Below, piece after piece: positions 7,444-16,142 of a stretch of DNA of 64,000 nt. The first letter of the stretch is position 1. The number at the start of each line of letters is the position of its first letter. A program made the position numbers and the translations under genes. This stretch comes from a virus. The notes beneath the pieces were generated by a model. It was given only the letters and a program-made list of their open reading frames with translations, had not been told where the DNA came from and searched no databases. The stretch is taken from positions 123,494 to 187,493 of the IMG/VR virus record IMGVR_UViG_3300020442_000006. One strand, given 5' to 3'.

Positions 7444-9284
7444 TACATTGCTGCCTGGCGTTTCTCCCAATAATAGTGCATCACTTGAGCAGGAAGCATC
7501 CGAGTAATCTTAATACCTTTCAACCTCTCTGGTCTATAAATTTTACGAAGTCTTATCTTGACATCAGCAGGTGACTTACCTTGGAATATAAATTCAACGT
7601 CATCCATCTGCACAAGGAAAGATAGGTATCTTGCCTCGGTAGATTCACATATTTTATTTATGCCATCAGGAGATTTCTTACACTTTGCTTTCTTCTTTGT
7701 TAACTTTGGACCCTTACCTTTCAACTTGGCAGTACCACCCAACGGTTGATCCATACCTGCGGTTGGTCCGTTCTCATCAGCATCAGAGGAGAATCCTGCT
7801 GCACTAGCATTAGATCCTGTACTCATAGTAGGTGCACCTTCCTCGTGCACAAACTTCATACCCTTGATTGCTTTATCCTTAAGTGCCTGACGTTTCTTAG
7901 GATCCATATTCTTTTCGTAGTCTGCTAGTTTAGCAGCAAACTTTCTGTTATCCATCTTCTTGATAACTGCTCTGTCTTTCTTGTCAGGTCCTGTGTATGC
8001 TGCTTCATCAACAAACTTGACAGGCATTGATACTGTTCCTTTTCCTGGAACATACTTTGTAGTTCTAGGTTTCTTAGGATCATCACTCTTGAAGTCCCTA
8101 TGAATCTTAGCGTATTCCTTTTTGGTCATCTTCAATTCTTCTTTCTGGACCTTCTTCTTATCAAACTTCTTACCGATCTTACCACCAATCTTAGATCCAA
8201 CAACACCACCTACCACATCACCTACAGGTAGAGGACCGTCAAGTGCACCAAGAGCAAGTGCTCCACCGATACCACCTACAACAGAACCAATTCTCTCACC
8301 CTTACCAACCTTCTTATCTGCTGCCATCTTATTGATACGCTTCTTAGTGACAGCACTGAACTTCTCCAGTTGCATCTCTTCCTTCACGCCCTTAGTTTTT
8401 ACACCACGCTTTTCCTTGTGTGCTTTGTGTCTCTTATCCATTGCCACAAGTCTCTCAGCAGGATCAGCAGCGTTACCACCTTCACCTGTATGTCTTACGT
8501 TCCTGATAGATGCTTTACCATAGTTAGAACGACCACGTTCCTGACTTAATCTTTGACCGTCACTATCCTTTTGTCTTTCAAGAATAACCTCTTCGTTCTT
8601 TGGTTCTTCTTTTTTCTTTTTCTTTGATGCCAACTTACCACCTGCAATAGCACCTGCAGCACCACCTACACCGTGACCGATTGCTTTACCAACCTGTTTA
8701 CCAATGGCACCACCAACAAGAGGAACAGTTCCTGATCCTACTGCTTGACCAACAGCACCACCAATCTTTCTACCAACTGTAGAACCTACTGCATATCCTG
8801 CACCTGAACCAACTGCCTTACGAACTCTATTACCTTTCTTTGCAGTCAATGCTCCTGCAGTACCTGCCGCTGCTGTTCCTACGAACTCTTTAATATCTTC
8901 TTTCTTTTTCTTCTTACTAATACTTCCCTGTCTGGTGTTGCTATGATCTGCCCCACCTGGAACCACAGTCATTGCTTGTACTGCGTATGCTTCCTTATGT
9001 GTTTTGCCTGGCATTATTGTACCATCAGGCATCTTATGTGCATTCTTCTTAGGACCATAGGTGATACAAGGATCTTTACCACACCCACAGTTCTTTGGTT
9101 TTTTCTCTTCCCCAATCTTCTGAGGTAAATTCTTTTCTTTTGTTTTAGCAAACTTATTAACTGCCTTCGCCCCCATATCTTTTGCAGCACGTTTCAGTTC
9201 GGGCGATGGATCTTTCATCTCTCCCTTCTGGGTGGCACGAACCATTCCCATAAATTTACGTTGTGCTACGGATTTTGCAGGCAT
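7443..9284 (-). CDS. Lys/Gly-rich modular protein, 613 aa (candidate internal head polyprotein)
   Basis: Basic modules separated by xxE/EE motifs; two glycine-zipper segments. Confidence 0.75.
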   Translation of the reverse strand: MPAKSVAQRKFMGMVRATQKGEMKDPSPELKRAAKDMGAKAVNKFAKTKEKNLPQKIGEEKKPKNCGCGKDPCITYGPKKNAHKMPDGTIMPGKTHKEAYAVQAMTVVPGGADHSNTRQGSISKKKKKEDIKEFVGTAAAGTAGALTAKKGNRVRKAVGSGAGYAVGSTVGRKIGGAVGQAVGSGTVPLVGGAIGKQVGKAIGHGVGGAAGAIAGGKLASKKKKKEEPKNEEVILERQKDSDGQRLSQERGRSNYGKASIRNVRHTGEGGNAADPAERLVAMDKRHKAHKEKRGVKTKGVKEEMQLEKFSAVTKKRINKMAADKKVGKGERIGSVVGGIGGALALGALDGPLPVGDVVGGVVGSKIGGKIGKKFDKKKVQKEELKMTKKEYAKIHRDFKSDDPKKPRTTKYVPGKGTVSMPVKFVDEAAYTGPDKKDRAVIKKMDNRKFAAKLADYEKNMDPKKRQALKDKAIKGMKFVHEEGAPTMSTGSNASAAGFSSDADENGPTAGMDQPLGGTAKLKGKGPKLTKKKAKCKKSPDGINKICESTEARYLSFLVQMDDVEFIFQGKSPADVKIRLRKIYRPERLKGIKITRMLPAQVMHYYWEKRQAAM

Positions 9285-9655
9285 CAGAGGTCACTCAACT
9301 GTTTACTTACGGATGCATCAATCTCAACATAATCTAAGGTCCCGCATCCTGTCTCGGGGTATCTATTTAGATAGAGTAAATATGTTTTAAGGATGTCCCA
9401 ATACTGTTTGTCAACCTTGAAGACTAACAAAGGTATGGCAGCATCACCAAATACATTGAATAGTACGATCAAATGATTCAGAATCAAATGGTTACGAAGA
9501 ACCCCAGTCTTTATGTATCTCCCGAAGAGACGCTTCAAATATTTGAAGCGCATCATATCTTCAAGAAAATCATCATAAGTAACTGACTGGGGATTATCGT
9601 AGTGTTTCATAGCGAACATCATAAAGTTGTCCGCTGTGAGTATATCAAATTGCAT
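9284..9655 (-). CDS. Conserved T4-like hypothetical protein
   Basis: MFAMKHYDNPQ...RFKYLKRLF...LILNHLIVLFNVFG pattern, which I recognise from cyanomyoviruses. Confidence 0.75.
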   Translation of the reverse strand: MQFDILTADNFMMFAMKHYDNPQSVTYDDFLEDMMRFKYLKRLFGRYIKTGVLRNHLILNHLIVLFNVFGDAAIPLLVFKVDKQYWDILKTYLLYLNRYPETGCGTLDYVEIDASVSKQLSDL

Positions 9656-9672
9656 TACAAAGAAAGGTTTAA

Positions 9673-10458
9673 TTAACTAACGAAACTTAAAGTAGCGACA
9701 CTACTTACAACTTCTGCGGCACCCTTACTGGTGTTAATTTTAACTCTGTACTGGTTACCATCATTTGCTTCAGTCTGACCTGTCAATGCAAGAGATGCAC
9801 TGGTTGCACCAGATACATTACTGAATCTTCCAGAGGAAGATGTTCTCTTCTGCCACTGATAGGTGATAGTACCTGACTGATCCACAGTTGCTGCAACACT
9901 GAAGGTTGCTGCACCAGAAGATGTGTTTTGGTTAGCAGGTTGAGTACCAATAGTAATGGTCTCAAGCACGTCTGCTGCCACTGTATCATCAGCGTCGTCA
10001 CCAGATACGTTTGCTGCAACTCTAAGTGCTGCAAGTTTTTCTGCCTTGTGACGTGTAGTTCCACCTGCTGTGTTGTATGTTCTATACAACCACCAACCAG
10101 GTCCGTCAATACCACGAGTCTTGTTAGATGCGATACCATCTTCAGTCTCATCAACGAAGATAAGTTGATAGTCTGTGATGCTGTCGCCACCTTTAACTAC
10201 ATACTCAGCAACTGCCTTAGGAGGAGTTCTCCTTACAGCACCAGACAAACCTGCGTTTGTTGAACCTGCATATGCTTTGTGCAATTCGATTGCAGTTGTA
10301 CTTGTAACTTGTTTGACGATGTAAGCGACGTTTGCCAATTCTAGAACATCTCCGACAACAACGGTGTCGGCGGCATTCTTAGTAACTGTTGCGTCACCAT
10401 TTGTGACCGCGACATTATTGGAGAACGTTGCTGCGTCGATTTTGCCCAGAATGGCCAT
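9673..10458 (-). CDS. Virion structural protein with a C-terminal Ig-like domain
   Basis: Thr/Ala-rich; TITIGTQP...ATFSVAA..TYQWQK...YRVKI Ig signature; late promoter upstream. Confidence 0.8.
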   Translation of the reverse strand: MAILGKIDAATFSNNVAVTNGDATVTKNAADTVVVGDVLELANVAYIVKQVTSTTAIELHKAYAGSTNAGLSGAVRRTPPKAVAEYVVKGGDSITDYQLIFVDETEDGIASNKTRGIDGPGWWLYRTYNTAGGTTRHKAEKLAALRVAANVSGDDADDTVAADVLETITIGTQPANQNTSSGAATFSVAATVDQSGTITYQWQKRTSSSGRFSNVSGATSASLALTGQTEANDGNQYRVKINTSKGAAEVVSSVATLSFVS

Positions 10459-10488
10459 CTTGATTTACTCCGAATGTTTCCTATATTT

Positions 10489-10496
10489 TATTTATA
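10489..10496 (-). promoter_or_regulatory. T4 late promoter TATAAATA
   Basis: Perfect consensus about 30 nt upstream of the 10458 start. Confidence 0.85.
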
Positions 10497-10502
10497 CAAA
10501 CA

Positions 10503-10523
10503 CGAAAGGGACCCGAAGGTCCC
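10503..10523 (-). terminator. UUCG hairpin terminator
   Basis: GGGACC-TTCG-GGTCCC followed by TTT; short U-tract. Confidence 0.6.
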
Positions 10524-10537
10524 TAGTGCCTGTGAGA

Positions 10538-10732
10538 CTACCCCTCTACAGGGAATAGTGCCTTCTCAAGTGCCTCAACTAGTTGGTCATCAACAGTGTT
10601 GTCAGTTCTTGAGACTGCTTTCTTTGCTAGAGATACAATAAACTTCTTGATTAGATCGTCTAGATTGTCTGGAATTTTATCAACTGCTGCGTCGATAATT
10701 TTAATTGCGAAAGGTAGAAGAAATTTTGTCAT
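10538..10732 (-). CDS. Small amphipathic helical protein, 64 aa
   Basis: MTKFLLPFAIKII...TDNTVDDQLV; TDNxxDD motif. Confidence 0.7.
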   Translation of the reverse strand: MTKFLLPFAIKIIDAAVDKIPDNLDDLIKKFIVSLAKKAVSRTDNTVDDQLVEALEKALFPVEG

Positions 10733-10768
10733 AATTAATAAACAGAAACCTACTCTATATAGGTGCTG

Positions 10769-11176
10769 TTATGATCCTAAACCACGTCCTTTGTCGTAGT
10801 TATCTTTACCACCGTAACGTGCCATAGTGTTCACGTAATCTTTAGTAGTTTTGAAACCACGTTTCTTAGCATCTGCAGCAGTGGTATCTTTTTGACTCTT
10901 GCGCCTGTCTGCCATTGACTTGTACTTGCCAGTACCTACATCTGACTTAGCACCTTTCTTCTTCTTGATCTGACCAACCTCTTTGCCACCCTGCATATTG
11001 CGTACCATCCGCTTGACGCTTGCAATAGCAGAGTTCTTACCTGCACCACCTTTTTGAGTAGGTGTGCCTGCGGCAGGAGTATTGATACCAGTACGACCAG
11101 AAACTCTGCCAGTGGACTTACCAGTTTCTTTCTCGTACCGATTCAATTCGTTAAGGTATTCTCCGAAAGATTTCAT
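10769..11176 (-). CDS. Basic protein with a capsid-targeting-like N-terminus
   Basis: Starts MKSFGEYLNE; very Lys/Gly-rich. Confidence 0.7.
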   Translation of the reverse strand: MKSFGEYLNELNRYEKETGKSTGRVSGRTGINTPAAGTPTQKGGAGKNSAIASVKRMVRNMQGGKEVGQIKKKKGAKSDVGTGKYKSMADRRKSQKDTTAADAKKRGFKTTKDYVNTMARYGGKDNYDKGRGLGS

Positions 11177-11637
11177 TAGTGATTGTGCGATTCAACAATA
11201 ACCATTTCGAGTTCACTAGCAGGGACTTGACTGTACATTTGCTCTGCCTCATCTACGATGTCGTAGTGAGTGACCTCGTGAGTATGTCCATACTCATCAG
11301 GTTCTGCCATCTCTACCAAAGTATGTGCCTCTGGAATTGTATAGCACAAACCATACTCAGCGTGCTCAACATACTTAGCACACAGATGGGTTTTCTTTCC
11401 CATCGCTTTGGCAACAGTCTTTCTACGATTGATCAGATACTTATCTGACTTATCGTGGTCTCCGTCGTTGTCAATATCCTTGTCTTCTTTACCGACAGGA
11501 TCAAGTCTTGATTTTTTAGATGCTTCTTTGAGGTCAGATAGTTCTGCCTGAAGAAGTGCGCGGATGGATTCCTTCATTAGATCTTCCTTTTTAGGGTTAA
11601 TAATAACTTTTGTTTTTTTGCCCATACTATTTACCAA
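11176..11637 (-). CDS. Hypothetical protein with an EF-hand-like loop
   Basis: DKDIDNDGDHDKSDKYL; C-terminal His/Cys-containing domain. Confidence 0.7.
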   Translation of the reverse strand: MVNSMGKKTKVIINPKKEDLMKESIRALLQAELSDLKEASKKSRLDPVGKEDKDIDNDGDHDKSDKYLINRRKTVAKAMGKKTHLCAKYVEHAEYGLCYTIPEAHTLVEMAEPDEYGHTHEVTHYDIVDEAEQMYSQVPASELEMVIVESHNH

Positions 11638-13732
11638 AGTTCGGGAAGTTCTTCTTGAATAGTTCAGATGCTTCCTTGTGCTTTCCTTTGTTAGTGAGGT
11701 CCTTAGTTTGTTTTAGAACTTCACGCTTCTTCAACTGCTCTGGCGTTGGTTGTTCAGCAATGTACTTGCTGTATGCAAGACGCTCTCTCCAAGAATCAGC
11801 ATCAGGGTTACGTGCCTGTGCGATGTCGTGTTCGAAAGTTTCTTGTGCTAGTGCAAGGCGTCTTACCTTGTCCACTCTTGATTCTGTCATAGTCTCTTCT
11901 CCGAGTTTTCTTGCTAATTTATCAGACCCTTTAGAGATTGCTCTTGAGGTTTTACCAATAACTTTTTTACCAAGATTACCCGCTGCTTGACCAGTCTTCT
12001 TAACAGCACCGCCGACAGCACTACCTGTCTTCTTAACAGCACTACCTGCAGCACTAGCAGTTTTACCAACTACCTTAGCACCTGCCTTAGCAGTGCCTAC
12101 TGCTGCTTTACCACCTGCCTTAGCGACAGAACCTGCTGCTTGTGCAGTTTTACCAACCGCTTTGCCTGCAAGTTTAGCACCACCAACTGCAGTTTTACCT
12201 GCAACTTTAGCGGTACCTACTGCTGCTTTACCTGCAACTTTAGCAGTACCTACTGCTGCCTTACCTGCAAGTTTTGCTCCACCGACTGCCACTTTACCTG
12301 CTGCCTTAGCACCTGCTCCGACTGCCTTTCTAAGTCCTCTGCCGACTGCACCTGCAGCACGACTGAGAAGACCTGGACCTGCCTTCTTCTTAGGAGCGGA
12401 TGAACCACCACCTGACTGAGGTTGTGGTCTGGAGTCTCCACCTGTGGATACTGGTCTGTTGTTTGAGGAAGAGGATCCACCACCACCTGATGATGAACCA
12501 CCTGATGAACCTGATGAACCACCAAGTCCACGCTGTCTGCCTTGAGAGAATTCTCTCTTAGCAGCAGAACCTGCACGTTGTGCAAGACCTGATGCATAAC
12601 CTGCACCACGAACTGCACCTTTTGCACCTGCTTTGGCACCTGCCTTAGCAGCACGTCCTGCCATCCCAAGTCCTTTCTTAACGATAGAACCTGCTTTAGA
12701 TGCAGCGCCTTTCAATCTCTCTGCTCTCTTACCTCTATTGATGCGTGCGGCAGCATCCTTAGATGATTTGACTGCAGAGTCGTAATACTTATCTGATTCA
12801 ACAAGTAGTTCGAATCCATCCAAGATGTCAAGTGCTTCAGATAGATACTGTTCTGATTCGAAATCTAGAAGCGCCTCTACAACAACATCTTGTAGATCCT
12901 GATCTGTAAGGATGTCAAACTCTTCACCGAGTTCGTCTACAACATCCCATACCCATTCCTCGTTAGCGGGTACACAGTTAGGAACGTCCTTACCGTTCTT
13001 TTTCTTGGTACCTTTAGCAACGTAACCGTCCCAACACTTGTCAGCGCCGACGTTCTTACGTGCTTGTTTAAGTCCTTCTTCAACCTGAGTCTTAGGAGTC
13101 GAACCTTTTGCTTTGATTGATCTTTGATTCTCGCATTGAGGATCAACGGTTGACTGCTTTTCCTTAGGTGTATCAATCTTAGGAGATGCAGCACTTGGTT
13201 TGTTGTTCAGTGTTGCTGCATTAGAAGTTTCCTCCTTGATCTTTGCACGCTTTGCCTTTGTCTTGGCAAGGATTCTATCGCGTGCTTCAGATGCTGCCTT
13301 GTTAGGACCATCATATGCCATCGCACCTTTCTGCATTCTTGGTGCTCTGATCTTATCTACACCATCACCTTTGTAGATACCATAGGCACTACCTTCGGTG
13401 ACATCATCTTCGACATCGTGCTCAATAACTTTACCGTTCTCATCCTTCTCGTGATGCTCAACGTTGAGTGTCTTAGGATAATCCTTATCACCTTTCTTTG
13501 CAGGTGCTTCTCCACGCTTTCTCTTAGCGTGAATGTTATCCCATAAACCTTTCTTACCTTCGATGATAACTTCAGCGATTGCCTTCTCTGTTGGAGTGAC
13601 AAGACGCTCCTCAAGATAAGCATAGCGTGCTTCACCAGTGAAGTTATGCTCTGCGTATTCAATAACGTAGGTAACTGATTGTACGTCCGAAGGTGAATAC
13701 TTCAGAAGTTTCGAAGTAATTTCTAAATCCAT
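11627..13732 (-). CDS. Modular 701 aa protein with 11-residue Ala/Gly/Lys repeats (candidate internal head polyprotein)
   Basis: xxE-delimited modules; (AVGTAKVAGKA)n repeats; late promoter at 13755-13760. Confidence 0.75.
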   Translation of the reverse strand: MDLEITSKLLKYSPSDVQSVTYVIEYAEHNFTGEARYAYLEERLVTPTEKAIAEVIIEGKKGLWDNIHAKRKRGEAPAKKGDKDYPKTLNVEHHEKDENGKVIEHDVEDDVTEGSAYGIYKGDGVDKIRAPRMQKGAMAYDGPNKAASEARDRILAKTKAKRAKIKEETSNAATLNNKPSAASPKIDTPKEKQSTVDPQCENQRSIKAKGSTPKTQVEEGLKQARKNVGADKCWDGYVAKGTKKKNGKDVPNCVPANEEWVWDVVDELGEEFDILTDQDLQDVVVEALLDFESEQYLSEALDILDGFELLVESDKYYDSAVKSSKDAAARINRGKRAERLKGAASKAGSIVKKGLGMAGRAAKAGAKAGAKGAVRGAGYASGLAQRAGSAAKREFSQGRQRGLGGSSGSSGGSSSGGGGSSSSNNRPVSTGGDSRPQPQSGGGSSAPKKKAGPGLLSRAAGAVGRGLRKAVGAGAKAAGKVAVGGAKLAGKAAVGTAKVAGKAAVGTAKVAGKTAVGGAKLAGKAVGKTAQAAGSVAKAGGKAAVGTAKAGAKVVGKTASAAGSAVKKTGSAVGGAVKKTGQAAGNLGKKVIGKTSRAISKGSDKLARKLGEETMTESRVDKVRRLALAQETFEHDIAQARNPDADSWRERLAYSKYIAEQPTPEQLKKREVLKQTKDLTNKGKHKEASELFKKNFPNFGK
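12160..12324. repeat. 33-nt tandem repeat, about 5 degenerate units (11-aa period)
   Basis: Units start at about 12160, 12193, 12226, 12259 and 12292, e.g. TTTACCTGCAACTTTAGC(A/G)GTACCTACTGCTG. Confidence 0.85.
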
Positions 13733-13753
13733 CTGTCGAAAATTTGCGTAATA

Positions 13754-14911
13754 CTATTTAGTTGACCCTGTTTTTCTGAAGTCACTGAATTTTTTGACCA
13801 ACTGTCCAGGTGTCATCGCTTGGACTGCGTGTCTATATGTATCAGTGCCGACCTTCCAGGTGTTTCCACTGCCATCGTCTGCTGACTTATGCAGTTCTTT
13901 TACTTCCATAATAGAAGTTAACCAGACATTGAATTTCCAATTCTCTGGTGTCTCAAAGATTACATAATTAGTTCCTCTTCTGATGACCGTACCTCTTACA
14001 CCTGTGTCTAGGTGTTCGACAATACAACCAAGTGGGAATACTCTATCTTCGAAGAACGCTTCACGAAGATTCTCTGAATCAAGTTTAGGAGCGATGTCCC
14101 AAAGTTCAGCAACCTCTTCCTGTTCCTGTTCAACGATACCCATACCTGCACGAACTTCCATCATTAGTTGTTCAGCAAGTTTGATGTCACCACCAGGGAC
14201 ACCTTGGGCAAAACCTTCTAAGTCACCCGCCGCTGCCATTGCTCGCAACTTGGATGCACTCATACCTTCTACACCTTCAGCATCAGGATCTCTTTCTCCT
14301 GCACTGATCACATTGAGTTCTTCAAATTCATATGCCTGACCGTTATACTTCTCAAGTAATGACTTGAATTCTGATACACGATCAGAACCAACAACCATAG
14401 TTACACCTGAGTAACCCTCTTGGTTGAGGTTGGAAAGTACATTGAAGATGTTAGACATATCACCATCGTTGACGATAGCGTCAGCGTGATTAGGGAACAT
14501 CTTTTGCATAAAATCAATCTTAACATCAGGTTCTAGTGGGTTCTTTTTAGGATCCACAGTACGTGATGGATAGATTCTATAGTTATCAGCACCCTGTTCA
14601 GATACAGTGTTCAGTAGTTTCTCGTGACCAACAGTAGGAGGATTAAAACGTCCAAAGGTTAGAGCGATAGTACCCAGACCTTCACCACTATTAATATGCT
14701 CGTCTTCTGCTGCTCCTTGATTGGAGTTCATCTGTGCTTGTTCTGCCTCTTTACCATCGACAGGCACCAGACGATTACCTCCTTCAGACTTAGCAACGAT
14801 GTTACCCTGCCTATCAGCATAGTAACCGTGACCTGCGTGTTGGAGACCTCTCTTAGCAGCAACCTCACCTGCAGCGGTGCGTGCTTCAGTTATAAACTGA
14901 CTGAACTTCAT
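13754..14911 (-). CDS. HIGH-superfamily nucleotidyltransferase (cytidyltransferase/NMNAT-like)
   Basis: ALTFGRFNPPTVGHEKL, MVVGSDR, GMSASKLR. The second ATG (MKFSQFITEA) is preferred because a late promoter sits at 14936-14941. Confidence 0.85.
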   Translation of the reverse strand: MKFSQFITEARTAAGEVAAKRGLQHAGHGYYADRQGNIVAKSEGGNRLVPVDGKEAEQAQMNSNQGAAEDEHINSGEGLGTIALTFGRFNPPTVGHEKLLNTVSEQGADNYRIYPSRTVDPKKNPLEPDVKIDFMQKMFPNHADAIVNDGDMSNIFNVLSNLNQEGYSGVTMVVGSDRVSEFKSLLEKYNGQAYEFEELNVISAGERDPDAEGVEGMSASKLRAMAAAGDLEGFAQGVPGGDIKLAEQLMMEVRAGMGIVEQEQEEVAELWDIAPKLDSENLREAFFEDRVFPLGCIVEHLDTGVRGTVIRRGTNYVIFETPENWKFNVWLTSIMEVKELHKSADDGSGNTWKVGTDTYRHAVQAMTPGQLVKKFSDFRKTGSTK

Positions 14912-14941
14912 TGATATACTGGTGTTTTCCATATCTATTTA

Positions 14942-16135
14942 TCACCCCCAATTTTTTTCTACTGTGAAGTTCGCTCTAGAGAACTCCAAACGATCCACAA
15001 GTTTGAGGGCAGAACCTGATTTGATCGCTACAAAACCCTCTGGTGCAGTAACTCTGTAACCATTGGGTGTCTTAATATATGTACCGATGTCTTGAACCTT
15101 TCCTAGTTGTCTGACAACTACAGTCTTAGCAGCGATCAAATTCATATAGGATGCGACAGTCATATAGACAGCACGTGAATTTGACTTCAAGAACTTCAAA
15201 CCATTTGCTTTGATGGTCTGATATTTTTTCTTGGTTGCTTCTTGTTTCTTAGACTGGATCTCTTTGTCTAGTGCTGCTGAATAGAATGCAGCAAATCCTG
15301 CTGCAACTCTCTGTGCATTGACAATAGGTTTACCAGTACGAATGAATGAGTTGAAATAAACTTTGAACATAGCAGAGAGCATAAACTTACCCTCTCCTTG
15401 ATCCTGTAGGATGTCCAAGAATCTAGATGCTTGCTTAAGAGAACCTTCAGCACGGTTGACTAGCAGATCATACTTACCTCTCTCTGCAGCATTAAACCTA
15501 GATGCATCTGTAGCATCTGTAAAGTCTGAACTAAACACTGCAACGTTGGGTGTTGCCTGCATTCTTTTTACATCAACACCAAACCCAGGTTTCATATCTC
15601 TGAGTGTAGGACCACCAGTATATGTGGTATGAAATACAATACCAAGTTGACTGGTTGCTACCTTCTTACCCATAGGTGTGTTGGTAGGTACAGCATATGT
15701 GATGGTGTTTGGCATAAAAGTATGACACTTCTGACCATTCATCTTCTTTGTTGTCACATCACCTTTGGTGAACAACAAATCACCCTGCAGTACACCATTC
15801 ATAGGTACCTGAGGAAGGAGACGCAAGCACATCTTTAGTTTCTTTGCCAGTTCTCCACTATAGAATCTATCTACATCTTCATCATTCATACAAAGTTTTG
15901 GCATCTTAGCAAAGACACCCTTAGTACCAACAAAAAACCTACCAGTTGAGGGATGCTTGCCACAAATAACAGCAGGAGCACCGTCCCATTTGGTAGTAAC
16001 ACCGACACCTGACACAGGTTCGGTGAGCATCTTGCCAAGTTCCCTTAGGAATGCGATAGCGTTACGTCCTCCGTTCGAACCTTGGTTTAGGATGTCATCT
16101 TCAAGGTGTTCGAGGTGGGTATTTTGCTTTGCCAT
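14942..16135 (-). CDS. Conserved phage protein with covalent nucleotidyltransferase (RNA/DNA ligase-like) motifs
   Basis: TTKWDGAP (motif I KxDG), LQGDLLF, IVFH, PEGFVA..LKLVD (motifs IV/V-like). Start MAKQNTHLEHLED. Confidence 0.65.
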   Translation of the reverse strand: MAKQNTHLEHLEDDILNQGSNGGRNAIAFLRELGKMLTEPVSGVGVTTKWDGAPAVICGKHPSTGRFFVGTKGVFAKMPKLCMNDEDVDRFYSGELAKKLKMCLRLLPQVPMNGVLQGDLLFTKGDVTTKKMNGQKCHTFMPNTITYAVPTNTPMGKKVATSQLGIVFHTTYTGGPTLRDMKPGFGVDVKRMQATPNVAVFSSDFTDATDASRFNAAERGKYDLLVNRAEGSLKQASRFLDILQDQGEGKFMLSAMFKVYFNSFIRTGKPIVNAQRVAAGFAAFYSAALDKEIQSKKQEATKKKYQTIKANGLKFLKSNSRAVYMTVASYMNLIAAKTVVVRQLGKVQDIGTYIKTPNGYRVTAPEGFVAIKSGSALKLVDRLEFSRANFTVEKNWG

Positions 16136-16142
16136 ACCTTTA

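Noticed and set aside
11987-12669. Several long shadow ORFs (11987+, 12093+, 12250-)
   Set aside because: They arise from the low-complexity Ala/Gly/Lys repeat, which lacks stops in other frames.
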